A stretch of DNA of 64,000 bases from NCBI GenBank assembly GCA_964016885.1, contig OZ024760.1:8618001-8682000 (forward strand), written 5' to 3'. This document shows, piece after piece, positions 54,815 to 64,000 of the stretch. Position 1 is the first letter of the stretch. Every line of letters begins with the position of its first letter. This DNA comes from Eledone cirrhosa (taxonomy: Eukaryota). The translations under genes and the position numbers were made by a program. The notes under the pieces were generated by a model that worked only from the letters and a program-made list of their open reading frames with translations, was not told where the DNA came from and made no database searches.

Positions 54815-55141
54815 TGTGTATATGTATATATATATGTATACATGTATGTGTATATGTATATATATATGTATACATGTATGTGTATATGTATATATATATG
54901 TATACATGTATGTGTATATATATGTATATATGTGTATGTATGTATATATGTATGTATGTAGGTATGTATCATATGTATATATATATGTATATATGCGTAT
55001 ATATGAGATTCAATGGAATAGAAGGGCAGATGGTACGATAAAGGTGGGTCATGTGATCATTTAGTTGAAGTATTTCGTGAATGTTAAGCTATTTGTAATC
55101 TTTTATTTTAGAATATAGTTTCACCTCTATTGTTGTATCAG

Positions 55142-55183
<42 letters not shown>

Positions 55184-56095
55184 GTATATGTATGTATATG
55201 TATGTATGTATATATCTCTATATATATATGTATATATATGTATATGTATGTATATGTATGTATGTATATATCTATATATATATATGTATATATATGTATG
55301 TATATGTATGTATGTATATATCTATATATATGTGTATATATATATATATATGTATGTATGTGTATGTATATGTATGTATGTATATATATATATATATGTA
55401 TATGTATGTATATGTATGTATGTATATATCTATATATGTATATGTATATGTATGTATATGTATGTATGTATATATCTATATATATGTATATATATATATA
55501 TATATGTATGTATGTGTATGTATATGTATGTATGTATATATATATATATATATGTATATGTATGTATATGTATGTATATGTATGTATGTATATATCTATA
55601 TATGTATATATATGTATATGTATGTATATGTATGTATGTATATATCTATATATATATATGTATATGTATGTATATGTATGTATGTATATATCTATATATA
55701 TATATGTATGTATATGTATGTATGTATATATATATCTATATATATATATGTATGTATATGTATGTATGTATATATATATCTATATATATATATATATGTA
55801 TATATATGTATATGTATGTATATGTATGTATGTATATATCTGTATGTATGTATGTATATATATATATATGTATGTATGTGTATATGTATGTACGTATGTG
55901 TGCCTATATATATATGTGCATATATATATATATATACATATATATAAATACATATATATATATATATATAAATATATAGCCACCCCACCACATATATACA
56001 ATCAAGTTTATTACTCTGTGTGTGTGTGTGTGTGTATTGCCACCATCACCCGTTTGAAATGTTCTCTCTCCCTGTGAATTTCTCTGAGTCACATC

Positions 56096-56204
<109 letters not shown>

Positions 56205-56284
56205 AAGAGGTAACATCTACTGCAATATTTTGTACATAGTGTAATAGAATGCAAAAAAATCCATTGATATGCAAAATGACCGCA

Positions 56285-56452
<168 letters not shown>

Positions 56453-56472
56453 AATGTATATATATATATATA

Positions 56473-56832
56473 GAAGAGATATTTAATTTGTTGGAAATCC
56501 AACAAATATAGATGTTTATAACTGATTCAGAGCACTCGACAAGTTTCTGGATTAAGTATTCAATGATATTAAATGGAAAACTATATTTATAAAACCATAT
56601 TTATTCTATTATATATATTTCAAGGGTACCAAAATTTTTGGTACGCTATCATCAGATAAAATACACTTTCCAGGGATAACTTGAACTGTTAGGTATATTA
56701 TCCTTGGCCATCTCAAATATTTATAAAACATTTTGTATTTTATCTGATGATAGCGTACCAAAATTGTTGGTACCCTTGAAATATATATAATAGAATAAAT
56801 ATGGTTTTATAAATATAGTTTCCATTTAATAT
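56473..56832. mobile_element. PLE-type inverted pLTR pair (arms 56566-56665 and 56734-56832) with two hammerheads
   Basis: Hammerhead on + at 56736-56797 and on - at 56602-56663; same family as 9051 and 48903. Confidence 0.8.
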
Positions 56833-57016
56833 GTTTGTTACCCTGGCGTCCCCTTTGTTTACGTGTCCTAACGACTTTTTTTAGCCGGTGTTCGCACCAA
56901 CCTGAGGCATATGGCCCTTAAAGCGATGAAATGCCTGGGACGGTTGGAGGGTCACTGATGAAGGACCTACTTTTTCATATGCCCCACCATGTGCAACGCG
57001 CAGCCATCATTATTAT

Positions 57017-57080
<64 letters not shown>

Positions 57081-57096
57081 CACACATATATATATA

Positions 57097-57266
57097 TGAG
57101 CTCAAGCTGTTTCGACGGCTAATTCTGGTCCAGAAGAATTGGCCGTCGAAACGGCTTGAGCTCAGCCGTCGGGGTCCAACTTGTTCCTATTACCCACTCT
57201 ACTACCTTAGGTATTGAGGACTTTGGTGCGTTATAGTCCATCTGGTTCCTTACCACATTTCCTTCG
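57097..57266 (+). mobile_element. short PLE-like family copy starting with a 68-bp hairpin
   Basis: tgagctcaagctgtttcgacggctaattc..gaattggccgtcgaaacggcttgagctca, then the family 3' arm; (TA)n on both sides; second copy at 57836-57965. Confidence 0.6.
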
Positions 57267-57318
57267 TATATATATATATATATATATACATATACACACA
57301 CATATATATATATATATA

Positions 57319-57358
<40 letters not shown>

Positions 57359-57573
57359 AATATAAATTAGTGAGAATCGTATTTCGGCTTTGGAATTAGC
57401 GAAAAACAAGTTCCGAGATGTGTGGCAAGCGCTCAATAATTCTGACGAACCAGAGCTACAACATACGTTAAAGGCCAAACACACTGAGACGATGGTTAAA
57501 CCGTCATCCGCACAACCATAGAAACGACCAAGTAATTCGGGTCAAACAAATAAAAAAATATGTGATTGAAAAA

Positions 57574-57613
<40 letters not shown>

Positions 57614-58125
57614 GAAAACGAAAAATCAGTGATGCATCTGAACTCAATTTATTGTGTATTACAATTGTTTCGCCGGCGGAGGGCACGTGACACGATCATT
57701 GTGTGGATCTGTCTGATTCTGGACCCGCAGGTTTGACGGACACGTCTAATGATTTCGGGGCATATTCTCTCACAGTGAGTATATATATATATACACACGT
57801 ATATATATATATTTATATACACACATATATATATATGAGCTCAAGCCGTTTCGACGGCTAATTCTGGTTCAGAATTGGCCGTCGAAACAGCTTGAGCTCA
57901 GCCGTCGGGGTCCTATTTGTTCCTATTACCCACTCTACTACCCTAAGTATTGAGTACTTTGGTGCTCCGAAATCAGTAGACGTGTCCGTCGAATATATAT
58001 ATATATGTATAATAGAAAAAAAATGAGGAATTTTCGTTTACATATAAAAAATATTTATTGATTTTGTACCAACACCAGTCTTTCTTTGTACCATATATAT
58101 ATGGTCGGTTAGTACCATATTATAT

Positions 58126-58186
<61 letters not shown>

Positions 58187-58876
58187 GGTACTAACCGACC
58201 ATATATATATATAGTGTGTGGTGTAGGGGGGGGGGGGTAGTACAGAGAAAGACTGGTGTTGGTACAAAATCAATTAATATTTGCTGGCCTTGTCTAGAGT
58301 AGAAATCATTATTCTATGTACTATACATGCACCTTTGATAAGTTGTAGTGCACCTGAGCACTGTACACAATAAGTTCATTATTATTATTATTATTATTTT
58401 AAGAACCTAGTCAGTATATGGGAGAGACGTATTTCGATTCCTCGTTGTCACCAAAGGCAACTTCTTTTTCAGTCTTTAAGGGTTTCCACCCTATTATAAA
58501 AGTTATTTTATAAGTTATTTTATAGCATCTACGCGCATGATCACACACACACACACACACCACTTTTTATATTAATAATATAATATAATATAATATAATA
58601 TAATATAATAAAAATACCAGAAGCTAAGTCAGAATAATTACATGTCTCAATTTAATTCTTGAAATATTTTCACATCAGTTTTATGGTGTATGTGAACCTT
58701 CCATCAAATATTACGCAACATATTTTACCATTCACACGTACTTCGTAATTGTTCGCCTTTTAACGTTTTTCTTTTGTTTTCATAAACTTGAAAATCATTC
58801 TTTGTCTGTCTGTTTGTCCGTTTGTATGTCTGTTAGTTTTTCCCCTTTTTAAATGCAGCTGCATACATAAACACAT

Positions 58877-58928
<52 letters not shown>

Positions 58929-58951
58929 ACACCCACACCCACACACACACA

Positions 58952-59002
<51 letters not shown>

Positions 59003-59166
59003 GCATATGTGTGTATAAGTATTAACATTACAATAGGTGAGAGAATATTAATAAAATGTATGTATGTGTATATATATGTATGTATATATATGTGAGTATA
59101 TATATGTGAGTATATATATGTATATATGTATGTATATATATGTGTGAGTATATATATGTATATATG

Positions 59167-59201
<35 letters not shown>

Positions 59202-59306
59202 TTATGTATATATGCATGTATATATAAATATATATATTTATATATATAAATATATATATTTATATATATATATGTGTATATGTATATATATATATATATG
59301 TATATG

Positions 59307-59353
<47 letters not shown>

Positions 59354-59756
59354 GTATATATATGTATATATATGTATATATATATATGTATATATATGTA
59401 TATATATATATATATATGTATATGTATATGTATGTATATATATATATATATATATGTATATGTATATATATGTATGTATATATACATATATATATGTATA
59501 TATACATATATATATGTATGTATGTATACATGTATGTATACATGTATGTATGTATGTATGTATGTATACATGTATGTATGTATGTATGTATATATACATG
59601 TATGTATGTATATATACATGTATATATGTATGTATATAAATATATATATATATATGTACATAAATATATTTATATATGTATATAAATATATTTTTATATA
59701 TATGTATATGAATATATTTATATGTATATGAATATATTTATATGTATATATATATT

Positions 59757-59793
<37 letters not shown>

Positions 59794-60072
59794 ATATATA
59801 TTTATATATGTATATAAATATATTTATATATGTATATAAATATATTTTTATATATATATATATTTATATATGTATATAAATATATTTTTATATATATGTA
59901 TATAAATATATTTTTATATATATGTATATGAATATATTTATATGTATATATATATATTTCTATATATATATATTTATATATATATATATATTTATAGATG
60001 TATATATTTATATATGTATATATTTATTTATATATATATTTATTTATATATATATATATATTTATATATATA

Positions 60073-60307
60073 GTATACTAGGGAGAGGATCAGGGGTGTA
60101 TAACACTCCACTTATCCAGAGCCGTGATATAATAAATAACAAAGAACGCCTATAGCATATGCATATCTTTACTTGCTAACATTGTTTCATCCGCACTATA
60201 AGTGGGACTCATCAGAGTCTGATGAGTCCCACTTATAGTGCGGATGAAACAATGTTAGCAAGTAAAGATATGCATATGCTATAGGCGTTCTTTGTTATTT
60301 ATTATAT
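60073..60307. mobile_element. 181-bp palindrome (60127-60307) centred beside a hammerhead core, plus a tail
   Basis: ctcatcag-a-g-t-ctgatgag with axis at 60217; CTGATGA gtcc..ggat GAAA on both arms; (TA)n flanks. Confidence 0.8.
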
Positions 60308-60402
60308 TTATATATATATATATATATTTATTTATATATATACATATATATATTTATTTATATATATATATATATTTATATTTATATACATATATATATA
60401 TT

Positions 60403-60503
<101 letters not shown>

Positions 60504-60525
60504 ATATAGATATAAATATATATAA

Positions 60526-60631
<106 letters not shown>

Positions 60632-60638
60632 ATATATT

Positions 60639-60687
<49 letters not shown>

Positions 60688-60783
60688 ATTTATATATATT
60701 TATATTTATATATATATATATATATTTATATATATTTTATATATATATATATTTATATATATATATATTTATATATTTATATT

Positions 60784-60816
<33 letters not shown>

Positions 60817-60841
60817 ATTTATATATATATATATTTATATT

Positions 60842-60874
<33 letters not shown>

Positions 60875-60979
60875 ATATATTTATATATATTTATTTATAT
60901 TTATATATATTTATATCTATTTATATCTATTTATATTTATATATATTTATATCTATTTATATTTATATATATTTATATT

Positions 60980-61010
<31 letters not shown>

Positions 61011-61251
61011 ATTTATATATATATATTTATATATATATATATTTATATATATATATTTATATATATTTATATATATATATTTATATATATATATTTATAT
61101 ATATATATATTTATATATATATATATTTATATATATATATTTATATATATATATATTTATATATATATATATTTATATATATATATATTTATATATATAT
61201 ATATTTATATATATATATTTATATATATATATATTTATATATATATATATT

Positions 61252-61282
<31 letters not shown>

Positions 61283-61301
61283 ATATATATTTATATATAT
61301 T

Positions 61302-61339
<38 letters not shown>

Positions 61340-61371
61340 TATATATATATATATTTATATATATATATATT

Positions 61372-61402
<31 letters not shown>

Positions 61403-61421
61403 ATATATATTTATATATATT

Positions 61422-61452
<31 letters not shown>

Positions 61453-61461
61453 ATATATATT

Positions 61462-61546
<85 letters not shown>

Positions 61547-61613
61547 ATTTATATATATATATATTTATATATATATATATTTATATATATATATATTTAT
61601 ATATATATATATT

Positions 61614-61650
<37 letters not shown>

Positions 61651-61700
61651 ATTTATATATATATATATTTATATATATTTATATATATATATATATATAT

Positions 61701-62157
61701 TTTGGAGCGAAGACGGGAGAGATACGCAGTGATCTACATGTGGAAAATCCTGGAGGGACTAGCACCAAACTTTGGCATTGGGAGCTGGACCAACCGTCGA
61801 ACAGGACGTTACTGTGTGGTGCCAAAGGTCCCGTCTTCCACATCTAGAATAAGGAGCAGGTATTGCAATAGCCTGGGATTCAAGGGCCCTCAACTCTTCA
61901 ACAGGCTGCCGAGGCATCTGAGAGACTTGCATGACGTGGAGGTGGATGTCTTTAAGAAACATCTCGACACCTTGTTATCCAGGATCCCGGATGAGCCCAC
62001 AGCAAGACACGAAGGAAACCTAAGGGCAGCAGCAACAAACCCACTCTTACACCAGTGGCCAACCTATACAGGCTGCAGATAAAATGTGTAGCAACAAGGA
62101 CGGTGCCCCAGCATGGCCTCAGCCGGATGGCTGAAACAGGTAAAAGAGTAAAAGAGT
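61701..62157 (+). mobile_element. CR1-like LINE 3' end
   Basis: [23 protein letters not shown]...GPQLFNRLP..LR...FKKHLDTLL..IPDEP; 3' UTR cggtgccccagcatggcc..gctgaaac, then (gtaaaaga)2. Confidence 0.88.
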
Positions 62158-62164
62158 ATATATT

Positions 62165-62215
<51 letters not shown>

Positions 62216-62299
62216 ATATTTATATATATTATATATATTTATATTTATATATTTATATATATTTATATATATATATATTTATATTTATATATATATATT

Positions 62300-62330
<31 letters not shown>

Positions 62331-62563
62331 ATATATTTATATATATATATATTTATATATATTTATATTTATATATATTTATATTTATATTTATATATAT
62401 TTATATTTATATATATATATATATAAATATAAATATATATAAATATATATATATATATTTATATTTATATATATATATATATATAAATATAAATATATAT
62501 AAATATATATATATAAATATATATAAATATAATATATATAAATATATATATATATAAATATAT

Positions 62564-62594
<31 letters not shown>

Positions 62595-62626
62595 AATATA
62601 TATATATAAATATAAATATATATATA

Positions 62627-63324
62627 TGGGCATCAACATATGTTAACCTTGGTCTTCCCCTTCTAGTGTGTCCATGAAGGGGCTCCCAAAGGAGCACTGA
62701 GTGCAATGTCAACTCTGGATGTCGGTGAGCATGTCCAGCCAACCTCAGTCTCCTCTGTGTCACTTTTGAGCTGACTTTTGGGATGCTCCCATACAGCTCT
62801 GAGTTTTTCATCCTCAGTGTATACTGATTAATGTTCAGAGCCATCCTCAGCATTCTCGTGTAGCACCCATCCACCATCTGAGTGAGTCTCTTGGTCAGTG
62901 TCTAAGTCTCAGACCCATATAGCAGCACAGACTCCACTACTGTAGCACCGGCTCAGAGCAGGAGAGTTGGGGCGAAAAAGGTATCGGATGCTGAATTTGC
63001 CGGACGACATAGTTTTGGTGACAAATACAGTGAAGGTGGCAGAGGATTTGATGCGGGAGGTTGAGACTGTGTCGATGAGTGTGGGGCTGAGAATGAATGA
63101 GACTAAAACAAAATATCTGGTAGAGAATCTTGAGAAGCCAGAGGGGATCACTAATGTAGGCGGAAGCCGCTGGAATTGGTTGAGGACTTCCTGTATTTGG
63201 GAGCAAAGATTGGGAATACGGAAGATGATGTGGTTGAGAGGAAGAGCAAGGCTTGGGCGGCGTGTCACAGCTTGAGATCGGTGTGGAAGTCGGACCTTCG
63301 TAGAGACCTGAAAATCCGCCTCTT
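62627..63324. mobile_element. RTE-group LINE fragment with an inverted 5' segment
   Basis: Minus strand 62947-62627: [26 protein letters not shown]; plus strand 62945-63324: EFA/DDIVL..N..KTK..DFLYLG..LKIRL. Confidence 0.88.
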
Positions 63325-63378
63325 ACATATTTATATTATATATTTATATATATATATTTATAGATATATATATATATT

Positions 63379-63431
<53 letters not shown>

Positions 63432-63479
63432 ATATATATATATTTTATATATATATATATATTTATATATATATACATT

Positions 63480-63510
<31 letters not shown>

Positions 63511-63513
63511 ATT

Positions 63514-63546
<33 letters not shown>

Positions 63547-63614
63547 ATTTTATATATATATATATTTATATATATATATATTTATATATATATATATTTA
63601 TATATATATATATT

Positions 63615-63647
<33 letters not shown>

Positions 63648-63666
63648 ATTTATATATATATATATT

Positions 63667-63725
<59 letters not shown>

Positions 63726-64000
63726 CATATATATATATATAATTTACATATATATATTTATATAAAATATATATATATATTTATATATATATATATTTTA
63801 TATATATATATATGTAAATTATGTAAACTATAATATATATGTGTTTGTCTATATTGTATCTGTATTATTTTGACCGCGGTCAGTCAATGGCAACATTGAG
63901 GACCGAGTAAGTTAGATCGCAGATATGTATATATAAAAAGACAGCGAGAAGCGAAACGAAACCAACCAAACAGTGAGTGTGTTCTGTTATTAATTCTGGC

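Overview
Eukaryotic (animal) repeat-dominated DNA, most likely cephalopod/octopus-like. That assignment is an inference from the tRNA-derived SINE family and extreme microsatellite density. No prokaryotic features or CRISPR arrays are present, and most of the ORF track is artefactual translation of (TA)n, (CA)n, (TATG)n and (GGT)n. The one long intact coding region is ORF2 (APE endonuclease-RT-Zn finger, 31228-34656) of a near full-length Tx1/L1-clade LINE (~29188-34888). It and five truncated relatives from at least three divergent subfamilies all end in (TCTA)n/(GATA)n, and most are flanked by it on both sides, pointing to a GATA-microsatellite-targeted retrotransposon lineage. A second recurring system is short Penelope-like (PLE) insertions in (TA)n that form long fold-back palindromes carrying minimal hammerhead ribozymes. 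Also present are RTE, R4/Dong-like, CR1-like, CRE-like and mariner remnants, hAT-type MITEs, about 10 SINE copies and several minisatellites, two of them visibly born from retroelement sequence. A few candidate minus-strand exons of an unidentified host gene are low confidence.
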